Positions 1 through 8,945 of a DNA stretch of 64,000 nucleotides are shown here, piece by piece. A program made the position numbers and the translations under genes. How positions within the stretch are numbered: the stretch's first letter is position 1; every line of letters starts with the position of its first letter. Source of the stretch: Acidobacteriota bacterium. Lineage in GTDB: Bacteria > Acidobacteriota > UBA6911 > RPQK01. Below the pieces are notes generated by a model, which made no database searches, was not told the DNA's origin, and saw nothing but the letters and a program-made list of their open reading frames with translations. The stretch spans positions 51,338 through 115,337 of the forward strand of contig JBHGBF010000001.1 in assembly GCA_041946865.1 (NCBI GenBank), in the 5' to 3' direction.

Positions 1-147
1 CAGATTCCCATCGTCGAGAATCCCGAACTGGCTCGAGCCCTCTACAGCTCGGCTGACATTGGCGAGGAGGTGCCGGTAGAGCTTTACCGTGCGGTCGCCC
101 AGATCCTGGCTTACGTTTACAGCTTGAAAAGGACCGCCTATCGATAG
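1..147 (+). CDS. flhB: Flagellar export apparatus protein FlhB, C-terminal fragment (gene starts upstream of window)
   Basis: Frame 1 translation [48 protein letters not shown] matches the conserved FlhB C-terminus (IPIxENPxLARALY...VPxELYxAVAE[IV]LA[WY]VY). It lies directly upstream of flhA. Confidence 0.8.
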   Translation, partial: QIPIVENPELARALYSSADIGEEVPVELYRAVAQILAYVYSLKRTAYR

Positions 148-219
148 GGGATTCCGAGCCCGTCGTCTTTCTTTTCGCGCTTTGTATTCCGGGTACCGGG
201 AACAAGGCGGAACGACTGA

Positions 220-236
220 TTGGCATATCGATTGCT
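220..236 (+). promoter_or_regulatory. Candidate sigma54 (RpoN) promoter for the flhA operon: TGGCAT-ATCGA-TTGCT
   Basis: tggcatatcgattgct at ~221-236 matches -24/-12 consensus TGGCAC-N5-TTGCW (GG and GC correctly spaced). It sits ~50 nt upstream of the flhA ATG at 288. Confidence 0.45.
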
Positions 237-287
237 CATTAGACTTTCAGGGCTCCGGTAGGGGGCAAAAACAGTCAAAGAAGTGAC

Positions 288-2369
288 ATGAGAAGCAGCG
301 CTACTGGACTGGCGATCAGTCAATTCGAGACACCGAAGCGGCTGGACCTTGCGGTAGGTCTGGCAGTCCTGACGATCATCGGGGTGATGTTGGTCCCTGT
401 CCCGCCCTTTGTGCTTGATTTTCTGATCGCCATTAATGTGACAGCCTCCGTCATACTTTTGCTGATTTCCCTGTACGTGACGGAGCCGATCGCTTTCTCG
501 GTGTTCCCCACCGTGCTTCTCCTGATGACCCTTTACAGGCTTTCGCTGAATGTGGCGAGCACTCGTCTGATTCTGCTCGAGGGGGGATCGGGGACGTCGG
601 CGGCAGGACGCGTTATTGAGTCATTCGGACAGTTCGTGGTGGGCGGGAACTACGTGGTCGGCGCCGTGGTTTTTTTGGTGCTGATCGCCATCCAGTACAT
701 CGTGGTGAATCACGGGGCGGTGAGGACATCGGAAGTGACGGCGCGATTCACCCTGGATGCGATGCCGGGCAAGCAGATGAGCATTGACGCCGACCTGAAC
801 GCCGGTCTGATCGATGAAGAGCAGGCCCGGGAGAGGCGGAAGCGAGTGAGCCAGGAGGCCGAGTTTTACGGATCCATGGACGGGGCTGTGAGGTTCACTC
901 AACGGGACGCCGTGGCCAGCATCATCATCGTCGCCATCAACATCATTGCCGGCTTCCTGATCGGAGTCGTCAGCCATGGAATGCCGTTGATGGAAGCGAT
1001 GAAGACCTACACGATCCTGACCATTGGAGATGGACTGGTCACAGCGATCCCCGCCCTGCTGGTTTCTGTCACCGCCGGTATCATGACGACGCGAGCGGCC
1101 TCCGAGTCGGATCTGGGCGAAGAAGTCTCGACACAGATGTTCTCTGACCCGAAACCGATGGCCATCGGCGCCGCTGTGCTGATGCTGATCGCGGTCATCC
1201 CAGGACTCCCCTTTCTATCCTTCTTCCTGCTGGGTGCCAGCACGGGTGCCGTGACCTGGTACATGAGCAGGCGCAGAAAGACCGCAGCCCAGATCGTGCG
1301 AAATGAGGCGATCGCGGAAACCAGGCCACCGGAAGAAAAGATGGAGACCCTGCTGCGAGTCGACCCGCTGGGGCTCGAGCTCGGCTATCAGCTCATTCAC
1401 CTGGTCGAGAACAAACCAGGCACCGACTTCCTGTCGCACATCAAATCGATCCGCCGCCAACTGGCTTCGGAGCTGGGCGTGATAGTTCCGCCCATTCACA
1501 TCACCGACAACCTGCAACTCAAGCCCAAGGAGTATCGGATCTTGCTCAAGGGGGTCGACCTGGTCCACGGGGAACTGAACCCGGGCTTTTTGATGGCGAT
1601 CGACCCGGGCCAGGTGACCAAGGCCGTGGAGGGCATTCCTGCGCGTGAGCCGGCTTTCCAGCTCGACGCGGTCTGGATCAGGCCGGAGGACCGAGAAAAA
1701 GCTCAGCTGGCCGGCTACACGGTGGTCGAAAACACCACCGTTCTGGCCACTCACCTCACGGAGACCATCAAGGGGGTCATGCATGAGCTGCTCAGCCGGC
1801 AAGAAGTGAAAGGCCTCATCGATGCCGTCAACGAGACGCACCCGAAGGTCGTAGAGGAACTGATCCCCTCGGTGATGCGCATCGGCGAAGTCCAAAAGGT
1901 GCTTCAGAACCTCCTGCGCGAACGAGTCTCGATTCGAGACATGGTGACGATCCTGGAAACCTTGGCCGACTTCGCACCACGCACCAAGAACACTGCCTTG
2001 TTGACGGAGTACACCCGCCAGGCCCTCGGCCGGTCGATCTGTCGCCCGTTTATCGATGAGGAAGGGACTCTTCGAGTCCTTACCCTCGCCCATGATCTCG
2101 AAAGGCTTTTCGCGGATTCAATCACCGTGACGGAAGCCGACAATTTTCTGACGCTGGCTCCAGCGCACGCCAAGAACTTCATCGTCAAGCTCCAGAAGGC
2201 CCTGTCAGAAAAGCCGTTTGACGGCTATCCGATTCTGCTCGTCACGAGCAACATCCGCCTCCACGTCAGGCGCTTGGTTGAAGACGTGATCAGCAATCTC
2301 GTTGTGCTCTCTCACAACGAGATTCCTCCACACGTGAAGCTGATCAGCCTGGGAGAAGTTTCCTTATGA
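288..2369 (+). CDS. flhA: Flagellar biosynthesis protein FlhA (type III export gate)
   Basis: 693 aa. N-terminal multi-TM region and the conserved FHIPEP motifs are present. C-terminal cytoplasmic domain is present. Position is flhB-flhA-flhF. Confidence 0.95.
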   Translation: MRSSATGLAISQFETPKRLDLAVGLAVLTIIGVMLVPVPPFVLDFLIAINVTASVILLLISLYVTEPIAFSVFPTVLLLMTLYRLSLNVASTRLILLEGGSGTSAAGRVIESFGQFVVGGNYVVGAVVFLVLIAIQYIVVNHGAVRTSEVTARFTLDAMPGKQMSIDADLNAGLIDEEQARERRKRVSQEAEFYGSMDGAVRFTQRDAVASIIIVAINIIAGFLIGVVSHGMPLMEAMKTYTILTIGDGLVTAIPALLVSVTAGIMTTRAASESDLGEEVSTQMFSDPKPMAIGAAVLMLIAVIPGLPFLSFFLLGASTGAVTWYMSRRRKTAAQIVRNEAIAETRPPEEKMETLLRVDPLGLELGYQLIHLVENKPGTDFLSHIKSIRRQLASELGVIVPPIHITDNLQLKPKEYRILLKGVDLVHGELNPGFLMAIDPGQVTKAVEGIPAREPAFQLDAVWIRPEDREKAQLAGYTVVENTTVLATHLTETIKGVMHELLSRQEVKGLIDAVNETHPKVVEELIPSVMRIGEVQKVLQNLLRERVSIRDMVTILETLADFAPRTKNTALLTEYTRQALGRSICRPFIDEEGTLRVLTLAHDLERLFADSITVTEADNFLTLAPAHAKNFIVKLQKALSEKPFDGYPILLVTSNIRLHVRRLVEDVISNLVVLSHNEIPPHVKLISLGEVSL

Positions 2370-3700
2370 GGATCAAAACCTACAACTCGGATTCAGTGCC
2401 GAAGGCCCTCAAGAAGATTCAGAAGGAACTGGGCCCGGGCGCTGTCATTCTCAAGACGAACCGCACGATCAAGAGGAGATTCCTCGGGCTCGTTCCCTCG
2501 CTGGCCTACGAAATCACGGCAGCTGCCGACACAGAGGCCACCGGCCTCGAAGGGGAGCCACGACCCGTCCCTGATGCGCCGGGTGCAAAGGCTCGGTCGA
2601 CGCCAACTCGAGACGGGCAGCCGGATTCGTTGCGCCCTTCAACTCGCCCGATAGAGACCTATGAGATTGCGCAGACGCCGGTCACCGACCGGAAAAGGGA
2701 CGTCCGGCTGCGAGCGAATCCGGAACGTCCCGCGGGCAAGTCGCAGGACGAAGACTGGATAAAGCAGTTTGACAAGTTAAACCATGAGATCCGGGACTTG
2801 ATCCGGCTGGTCCATCAGCACAACGCTTTCGACGCTATGCGTGCCCTCTTGCTTCGCAACGATCCCGCGTCGGAGCGGCTCCGTGATCTGATATGGGGCG
2901 GAAACCGGAACGAACCGCGCCTGGCTTCCGCTCTGTACTCGGCCTTCGCCTCCCTGGTCGAGCAGGGAGTCGAGGAGGAGTTCGCTCTCCTGCTTGTTCA
3001 GAGGGCCGCTCAGAATCTCCCTTGTGATGAGGACCTTTCCACTCGCATCCGCGTTCGCCTGAGCAGGGCTATCTCCTCGATGGTGAGCCTGGAGCCGTTT
3101 GTCCCTTCTCCCGAGAAAAGCGCCTGTATTCTCCTGGGGCCGACCGGGGTGGGGAAGACGACGACCATCGCGAAGCTGGCGGCCCGCTTTGCCTTACGCG
3201 ACAAAAAGACGGTCCGCCTGCTTACGGTGGACACTTACAGGGTCGCGGCAGTCGAGCAACTCCAGGCCTACGGTGAGATCATCGGGACCCCGGTAAGCGT
3301 GGTCTTTTCTGTCGACGAACTGGACGCTCGCCTGCGAAAACCGGATAGCGCCGAAATCACATTGATCGACACCACGGGACACAGCCATCGGAGAATATCG
3401 GAGTACTCGTCACTGGCCGCCTATCTCTGCGACAACACCCGGCTTGAAAAGCATCTGGTTCTCAGTGCGACGACCCGGCAGAAGGACCTGCGTGACATCG
3501 TGACCTGCTTCGAGGCCTTCCGACCGGACAAGCTGCTGTTTACGAAACTCGACGAGTCTTCGACGTTCGGGGCGCTTTTCAACGAGCTGGTGCGTACCAA
3601 GAAGCCCCTTGCGTATCTGACTGAGGGCCAGGCCGTGGCGAAAGATTTGGTCGTCCCGACCCAATCAACGTTGCCGGATCTGCTCATACCAATTGAATGA
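2366..3700 (+). CDS. flhF: Flagellar biosynthesis GTPase FlhF (SRP-type)
   Basis: 444 aa. P-loop LLGPTGVGKTTTIAKLA, DTxG motif LIDTTGHS and TKLDE motif FTKLDESSTFG are typical of SRP/FtsY-family FlhF. ATGA overlap with the flhA stop. Confidence 0.85.
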   Translation: MRIKTYNSDSVPKALKKIQKELGPGAVILKTNRTIKRRFLGLVPSLAYEITAAADTEATGLEGEPRPVPDAPGAKARSTPTRDGQPDSLRPSTRPIETYEIAQTPVTDRKRDVRLRANPERPAGKSQDEDWIKQFDKLNHEIRDLIRLVHQHNAFDAMRALLLRNDPASERLRDLIWGGNRNEPRLASALYSAFASLVEQGVEEEFALLLVQRAAQNLPCDEDLSTRIRVRLSRAISSMVSLEPFVPSPEKSACILLGPTGVGKTTTIAKLAARFALRDKKTVRLLTVDTYRVAAVEQLQAYGEIIGTPVSVVFSVDELDARLRKPDSAEITLIDTTGHSHRRISEYSSLAAYLCDNTRLEKHLVLSATTRQKDLRDIVTCFEAFRPDKLLFTKLDESSTFGALFNELVRTKKPLAYLTEGQAVAKDLVVPTQSTLPDLLIPIE

Positions 3701-4596
3701 ATAACCAAGAGGCTTGCGTTCAGATGACTGATATTCAAACCACGGGTGAGAGAGGAACCTTGATGCAGCACCTGGGATGCCGGCGCACTGGCGGAAAGCC
3801 CGGGTCGAGCTCCAGTTGTCAACTGCTGGCGGTTACCAGCGGGAAGGGGGGTGTCGGAAAGACCTACGTCGTCGTCAACCTCGCTCTGGCCCTCAGCCGG
3901 GCGGGGAAGAGAGTCGCGATTCTGGATGCCGACTACGGGCTGGCCAACGTGGACGTGGTACTCGGGTTGACTCCTGAGTACCACCTGGGTCACGTGCTCG
4001 AAGGAAAGAAGAGCCTGAGATCGATCATCGTCACGGGGCCCGAAGGAATCCACCTCATCCCTGCCAGCTCGGGAGTTCAGGGCCTCACGGAAATGGGGAA
4101 CCACCGCTTGTCTTTGCTCTGGGAGGAGATCGCAGACCTGCGGCGAGACTACGATTACATCCTGGTTGACACCGCTGCCGGGATTTCAGACAACGTCATC
4201 GGGACTCTGAGCCTCTGTGACCGGGTCATCGTGATGCTGGCGCCTGAACCGACCGCGATCGTTGACGCCTATGCCCTGATCAAAGTCCTGCTTCGAAGGA
4301 ATGCACCCCAGGAAATCCTGCTTTTGGTCAACGCCGCCGAGGATGCCCGTGAAGCGGAAGGAGTGCATCGCCAGCTCGCCTGTGCGGTTGAGCGGTTCCT
4401 GGGCCGCCAGCTCGGTTATCTTGGCTGTATTCCCCGCGACCGGAAGGTCGCAGTCTCCGTGCGCAGGCAACAACCTCTGCTCATCACCCACCCGAAAAAT
4501 CTGGCGGCGCGGTACGTCCTGCGGATCGCCGACCAGTTGATGAAGCGGGATGAAGCTGCAACCGGACGGGCCAGATCAATGCTGGAGGTGAACTAA
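3697..4596 (+). CDS. flhG: MinD/ParA-type ATPase FlhG (FleN/YlxH), flagellar number regulator
   Basis: Deviant Walker A VTSGKGGVGKT followed by ILDADYGLANVDVVLG. Position flhF-flhG-fliA. True start may be an internal Met (M10 or M23); ATGA overlap with flhF. Confidence 0.85.
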   Translation: MNNQEACVQMTDIQTTGERGTLMQHLGCRRTGGKPGSSSSCQLLAVTSGKGGVGKTYVVVNLALALSRAGKRVAILDADYGLANVDVVLGLTPEYHLGHVLEGKKSLRSIIVTGPEGIHLIPASSGVQGLTEMGNHRLSLLWEEIADLRRDYDYILVDTAAGISDNVIGTLSLCDRVIVMLAPEPTAIVDAYALIKVLLRRNAPQEILLLVNAAEDAREAEGVHRQLACAVERFLGRQLGYLGCIPRDRKVAVSVRRQQPLLITHPKNLAARYVLRIADQLMKRDEAATGRARSMLEVN

Positions 4597-4601
4597 GCGG
4601 C

Positions 4602-5378
4602 ATGTTACCCAATCCGTCATCCAAAGCCGAGGCCTACGAAGCCCAGAGCCGAGCCGATCGTGATCAGGTCATCCTGGAGCATCTCCCCCGCGTCAGGTAC
4701 ATCGCCCAGAGAATTGCTGCACGGCTCCCCCGGGGGGTCCAGCTTGATGACCTGGTCAGCTCAGGAATACTCGGACTCCTCGACGCCTACGAGAAGTTCG
4801 ACCCTGAAAAGGGCGTCAGTTTCCGAACGTACGCCAGCCTCCGGATAAAAGGGGCGATACTGGACAGCCTGCGTGGACTCGACTGGGCCCCTCGAGAGCT
4901 GAGAAGCAGGAGCCGTGAGATTGAACAGGCTTACGCGCGCCTGGAACAGAAGCTGAGTCGCGCGGCCACGGACGAGGAAGTGGCCGCCGAGCTGGAGATC
5001 GACCTCAAGACCTTCCATACGCTGCTTGAACGGCTCAACGGTTTGTCTGTCGGCCACTTCAGCAGCGTAGAGGGTGATCCCAGCGCCGTCGACGCCAACA
5101 ACAACGCCTTCTGGTACTCCCCGGTTTCTCCCGGAGACTCTCCCTTCGAGAGTGTCAGCAAGGCGGAACTCAGGAGACTGCTGGCGGGCATCATCGAGCA
5201 ATTGCCCAGACGCGAGCAGTTGCTGCTCAGCCTCTACTACAAAGAGGAACTGACCATGAAGGAAATCGGGCCGATTCTGGGCGTCAAGGAATCCCGTGTG
5301 TCCCAGCTTCATACCCGCGCGGTGCTCAGAATTCGTGCCAGGCTGCAATCGATCCTGAAACGGAAGCATGATTTATGA
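4602..5378 (+). CDS. fliA: RNA polymerase sigma factor FliA (sigma28)
   Basis: 258 aa. Sigma70 region 2 (DLVSSGILGLLDAYEKFDPEKGVSFRTYASLRIKGAILD) and region 4 HTH (LTMKEIGPILGVKESRVSQLHTRAV). Position after flhG. Confidence 0.9.
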   Translation: MLPNPSSKAEAYEAQSRADRDQVILEHLPRVRYIAQRIAARLPRGVQLDDLVSSGILGLLDAYEKFDPEKGVSFRTYASLRIKGAILDSLRGLDWAPRELRSRSREIEQAYARLEQKLSRAATDEEVAAELEIDLKTFHTLLERLNGLSVGHFSSVEGDPSAVDANNNAFWYSPVSPGDSPFESVSKAELRRLLAGIIEQLPRREQLLLSLYYKEELTMKEIGPILGVKESRVSQLHTRAVLRIRARLQSILKRKHDL

Positions 5379-6382
5379 GCGAGAAAGTCCTGTCGCAAGA
5401 AGAGATCAGTGCTCTCCTCGACAGTGTCAACCAGGACACTTTCAGCGAGGAGATGGTTCGAAGGCGCAGAAAGGGCAGAAGGATCCAACTCGTCGGAGAG
5501 GGGGGATACCTGTTCCCCATCTCTAAAACCACTGCGCTCAATCGGGAGGTGGAGTCGGCGCTAGGCCTGATCTTTGACGCTTTTTCCCACAAGGCGGCGG
5601 CAACCCTTTCCACGACGCTGCGAACCCAGGTCAGCTTCAAGCTTCACGACGTGGAGCAGGTGGGCTACGCCGACTACCTGGAAAGTCTGCCCGAACCTTC
5701 GTCCATGTGGTACCTGGAGGTCGAACCACACAAGTTGCATGTGGCCGTCTGTCTGGAGCCGAAACTCGTCCACACTTTGATCTCCGTCATGTTAGGTGGC
5801 GGACACATGACCCCGGCCAAGAACCGGCCATACATCACTGATCTGGAACAGACGGTCATCGAAAGCATCATCGTCTGTTTCTGTAAAGAACTGCGGCACG
5901 CCTGGAGTCGGGTTTCCGAGGTCGATATCAAAATAGATAACCGAGAGACCCGTCCCCGACTGCTCCGGATTTACCCCCCGAGCGAGACCATGGTGGTGGT
6001 AGGGATGTCGATGGAGACTGGATCCACGGAGGCGGACATGTACTGGGGAGTGCCGGGTTCGCTTCTCCGCACCCTGCAACGGGCCGTGAGTCAGCAACGC
6101 CAGGTCGAAAGCCGCGAGAAGCTGGTCGAGGTGGTCCGGCAGATGGCCAGTCTGGCCCTCAGATTCGATACTGCAGTCGAAGTGAACCTCGGCGTAACCA
6201 AGGTTTCCGTCGGAGATCTGCTCAGCCTCAAGCGGGGAGATGTCCTGACGGTCGACCACCCCATCAGAAGACCGGTTCTGGTGACTGTGAACAAGAGTCT
6301 CAAGTACACCGGAGAGCTGGTCGCATCCAACGACCACAAAGCGGTTCGAATCGGCGCCCGCCATGACAGGCGGGTGTGTTGA
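5375..6382 (+). CDS. fliM: Flagellar motor switch protein FliM
   Basis: N-terminal CheY-P binding motif LSQEEISALL. C-terminal SpoA domain (GDLLSLKRGDVLTVDH...VNKSLKYTGELV). 335 aa. Confidence 0.9.
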   Translation: MSEKVLSQEEISALLDSVNQDTFSEEMVRRRRKGRRIQLVGEGGYLFPISKTTALNREVESALGLIFDAFSHKAAATLSTTLRTQVSFKLHDVEQVGYADYLESLPEPSSMWYLEVEPHKLHVAVCLEPKLVHTLISVMLGGGHMTPAKNRPYITDLEQTVIESIIVCFCKELRHAWSRVSEVDIKIDNRETRPRLLRIYPPSETMVVVGMSMETGSTEADMYWGVPGSLLRTLQRAVSQQRQVESREKLVEVVRQMASLALRFDTAVEVNLGVTKVSVGDLLSLKRGDVLTVDHPIRRPVLVTVNKSLKYTGELVASNDHKAVRIGARHDRRVC

Positions 6383-6408
6383 ACGAAGAGCCCGGATGAT
6401 TCCAGCCG

Positions 6409-6828
6409 GTGCAGACAACTATCAGTCGCGGAGCGAACAACATGGAAGAACCAAGACAAGACCAGACAAACGACGAGGATGTGCCGCCTGACCCCGACTG
6501 TACGTCGGATGATGCCTGTTCAGGTCTCGAGACGGACGATCCAGACGATCATTCTTATTCCAGGAACATCCAACGAATTCTGGATATCCATCTGCCTGTG
6601 ACAGTCAGCTTCGGCACGACGACCCTGACCCTGAACGAGGTGTTGAAGCTCGCCCCCGGCAGCCTGCTGGAATTGGACAGGTCGTCGGACGACCCGGTAC
6701 TTCTGAAGGTGAACGACAAGGCCTTCGCATGGGGCCGGGTCGTGGACGTGGACGGCTATTACGGCGTCGAGATAACCGACATTCTCAATCGCAGCGACCG
6801 AATTGCGTCGCTCGGAGGTGAGGTATGA
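6409..6828 (+). CDS. fliN: Flagellar motor switch protein FliN (SpoA domain)
   Basis: C-terminal SpoA/FliN domain LPVTVSFGTTTLTLNEVLKLAPGSLLELDRSSDDPVLLKVNDKAFAWGRVVDVDGYYGVEI. Acidic N-terminus. Start may be the internal ATG ~6442. Confidence 0.85.
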   Translation: MQTTISRGANNMEEPRQDQTNDEDVPPDPDCTSDDACSGLETDDPDDHSYSRNIQRILDIHLPVTVSFGTTTLTLNEVLKLAPGSLLELDRSSDDPVLLKVNDKAFAWGRVVDVDGYYGVEITDILNRSDRIASLGGEV

Positions 6829-7289
6829 CCAGCATCCAGGTTTGGGGATTGCAGGTGCGCTGGTGGTATCTGGTGGCCGCTGGGCTCGGCCTGGCATTTT
6901 TGTCCCAAATGCTCTTAATTTACTGCGCGATGATCTGCCAGCGGAGGTGGATCGTTCGGGAGTGCAAGGCGCTGGAGAAACGGCTGCAGGCCTCGGTGCA
7001 AGCCGCAGCCTCCAGTTTTCCGGAGTGCTCGAAAGAGGTCCACGAAGAGTTGATCAGGAAGCTGGCCCAGTGGGAAATGAGGAAGATGGCAAGCACCGAA
7101 AGGGAGCTGACCGCCAAAGCCGGAAGGTTGGAGAAGAAACACCAGGTGCTGTTGCTGGCCCGCTCGGGCCTGAACAACCATGAGATCTCCAACAAGCTGC
7201 GATTGCCGCGCGGCGAAACAGAGTTGCTTCTCGACCTGGCACGAGCCGAGTCTCAGGTCATGGCGGCAGGAAATGCCGGGACCCGATAG
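6825..7289 (+). CDS. Hypothetical membrane-anchored protein with coiled-coil and C-terminal LuxR/GerE-like HTH
   Basis: 154 aa. ATGA-coupled to the fliN stop. One N-terminal TM helix (WWYLVAAGLGLAFLSQMLLIYCAMI). Central heptad-like region. C-terminal LLLARSGLNNHEISNKLRLPRGETELLLDLA resembles the LuxR-type HTH (G-L-s-n-k-E-I-a..L). No recognised flagellar family. Confidence 0.5.
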   Translation: MTSIQVWGLQVRWWYLVAAGLGLAFLSQMLLIYCAMICQRRWIVRECKALEKRLQASVQAAASSFPECSKEVHEELIRKLAQWEMRKMASTERELTAKAGRLEKKHQVLLLARSGLNNHEISNKLRLPRGETELLLDLARAESQVMAAGNAGTR

Positions 7290-7376
7290 GCAAAGATTGC
7301 CTGCCTCGCCCGCCCCGCCAGGCCTCAAAGTCGCGAGCAGGGGTTGTTTCAAGGGGGCCTCACGAGCGGCGCGAAG

Positions 7377-7392
7377 TGGCATCCAACTTGCT
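7377..7392 (+). promoter_or_regulatory. Candidate sigma54 promoter upstream of flgF: TGGCAT-CCAAC-TTGCT
   Basis: tggcatccaacttgct matches TGGCAC-N5-TTGCW. Same hexamers as the flhA site. The predicted TSS is only a few nt before the flgF ATG (7407), which is unusual. Confidence 0.4.
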
Positions 7393-7406
7393 AAGACCCA
7401 GAGTGT

Positions 7407-8144
7407 ATGAGCCATACGATCTACACCGCCTACGCGGCCTTGCAGAGCAGAGGAGAGGCGCTCGATGTCGTGAGCAACAATCTGGCCAACATCCACACGC
7501 CGGGGTTCAAGGAGAAGCAGTTTCACTTTCGTTCGCTTGTGGGCCGGATGGCGTCAGAGATGAGCGGCCTGGGGAGTGCCATCAGCGCTCAGCAGGTCAA
7601 AACCTTTACCCACAGTGAATTTCAGCCGGGTGTTCTAACGGAGACGGGTAATCCGCTGGATCTGGCGCTGGAAGGTGACGGGTTCTTTGCCGTCAGGACT
7701 CCTGACGGAACGTACTACACCCGCAACGGACACTTCTCTCTCTCGCCGAACGGAACACTCACTACGCCGGACGGTTACCCGGTCGTGTCTGCGGCGGGGC
7801 GGCCGATCGTCTTGCCGGACGGCCGAGTAGAGGTCTCCGAGAACGGCCAGATCAGCGTCGACGGAATCCAGACGGCGCAGCTCCAAATTGTCTCCTTCCC
7901 GGACGTCAGGCAACTGACTCCGGTCGGGGAGTCGCTGTTTTCACCTCCTCAAGGCGTACAGCCTCTGCCTCCCGCCCGCGTGGCCGTCCTCCAGGGCCGG
8001 CTGGAGGAGTCAAACGTCGACCCGCTCAAGAACGTGGCGCGGATGGTGGCCCTGGTAAGGAGTTTCGAAATGTTGACTCAGGCGGTGCGATCTCTGACGA
8101 GGGATATCGACGGGAAACTGATTAACGAAGTGGGAAGGATATAG
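7407..8144 (+). CDS. flgF: Flagellar basal-body rod protein FlgF
   Basis: 245 aa. N-terminal flg_bb_rod motif (ALDVVSNNLANIHTPGFK) and C-terminal rod domain (LQGRLEESNVDPLKNVARMV). Confidence 0.9.
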   Translation: MSHTIYTAYAALQSRGEALDVVSNNLANIHTPGFKEKQFHFRSLVGRMASEMSGLGSAISAQQVKTFTHSEFQPGVLTETGNPLDLALEGDGFFAVRTPDGTYYTRNGHFSLSPNGTLTTPDGYPVVSAAGRPIVLPDGRVEVSENGQISVDGIQTAQLQIVSFPDVRQLTPVGESLFSPPQGVQPLPPARVAVLQGRLEESNVDPLKNVARMVALVRSFEMLTQAVRSLTRDIDGKLINEVGRI

Positions 8145-8153
8145 GAGGTCGCG

Positions 8154-8942
8154 ATGCTCAGGTCACTCTACAGCGCAGCCAGCGGCATGGAAGCCATACA
8201 GCTGAATATCGACAACATTGCCAACAATCTGGCCAACGTTAACACCACGGGCTTCAAACAGCGGAGGACGCAGTTCCAGGATCTGCTCTATCAGAACCTC
8301 GTGTCGCCAGGCAGTAACGCCTCCAGTTCCACCGAAGTTCCCACGGGTCTTCAGATCGGTCTGGGCACGCGCGCGGTGTCTAATGAGATAGTCTTCCTCC
8401 AAGGCGACTACATCGAGACCGGCAACGAGTTGGACGTGGTGATCGAAGGGAGAGGCTTTTTCCAGGTGCGTCTCCCAGACGGCCAAATCGCCTACACCAG
8501 GGGCGGCGCCTTCCATCTGAACCGGGAGGGAAACCTTGTCACCTCGGCTGGCGATCCCCTCGAGCCTCAGATCTCGATTCCTCGTGAGGCCACGAAGATC
8601 AGCATTGCTTCTGACGGAACCATCTCGGTGAACCTGCCTGGCCAGGTGGAACCCCAACAGGTCGGAAGAATTGAGCTCGCGGCCTTTGCGAACCCTGCTG
8701 GTCTGAACAGCATCGGCAGAAACCTGTTTCTGCAGTCCGCTTCGAGCGGGGACCCGGTGACGGGAAGTGCCGGTGAGAACGGCAACGGCACTCTGCTTCA
8801 ATGCTTTCTGGAACAATCCAACGTCAATGTCGTGAAGGAGATGATCAACCTGATCGTCAGCCAACGGGCCTACGAATCGAACTCAAAAGTAGTCAAGACC
8901 GCAGACCAGATGTACCAGCAGGTCGTCAACATGGTGAGGTAG
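8154..8942 (+). CDS. flgG: Flagellar distal rod protein FlgG
   Basis: 262 aa. MLRSLYSAASGMEAIQLNIDNIANNLANVNTTGFK is a typical FlgG N-terminus. C-terminus reads FLEQSNVNVVKEMINLIVSQRAYESNSKVVKTADQM. Confidence 0.9.
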   Translation: MLRSLYSAASGMEAIQLNIDNIANNLANVNTTGFKQRRTQFQDLLYQNLVSPGSNASSSTEVPTGLQIGLGTRAVSNEIVFLQGDYIETGNELDVVIEGRGFFQVRLPDGQIAYTRGGAFHLNREGNLVTSAGDPLEPQISIPREATKISIASDGTISVNLPGQVEPQQVGRIELAAFANPAGLNSIGRNLFLQSASSGDPVTGSAGENGNGTLLQCFLEQSNVNVVKEMINLIVSQRAYESNSKVVKTADQMYQQVVNMVR

Positions 8943-8945
8943 CGC

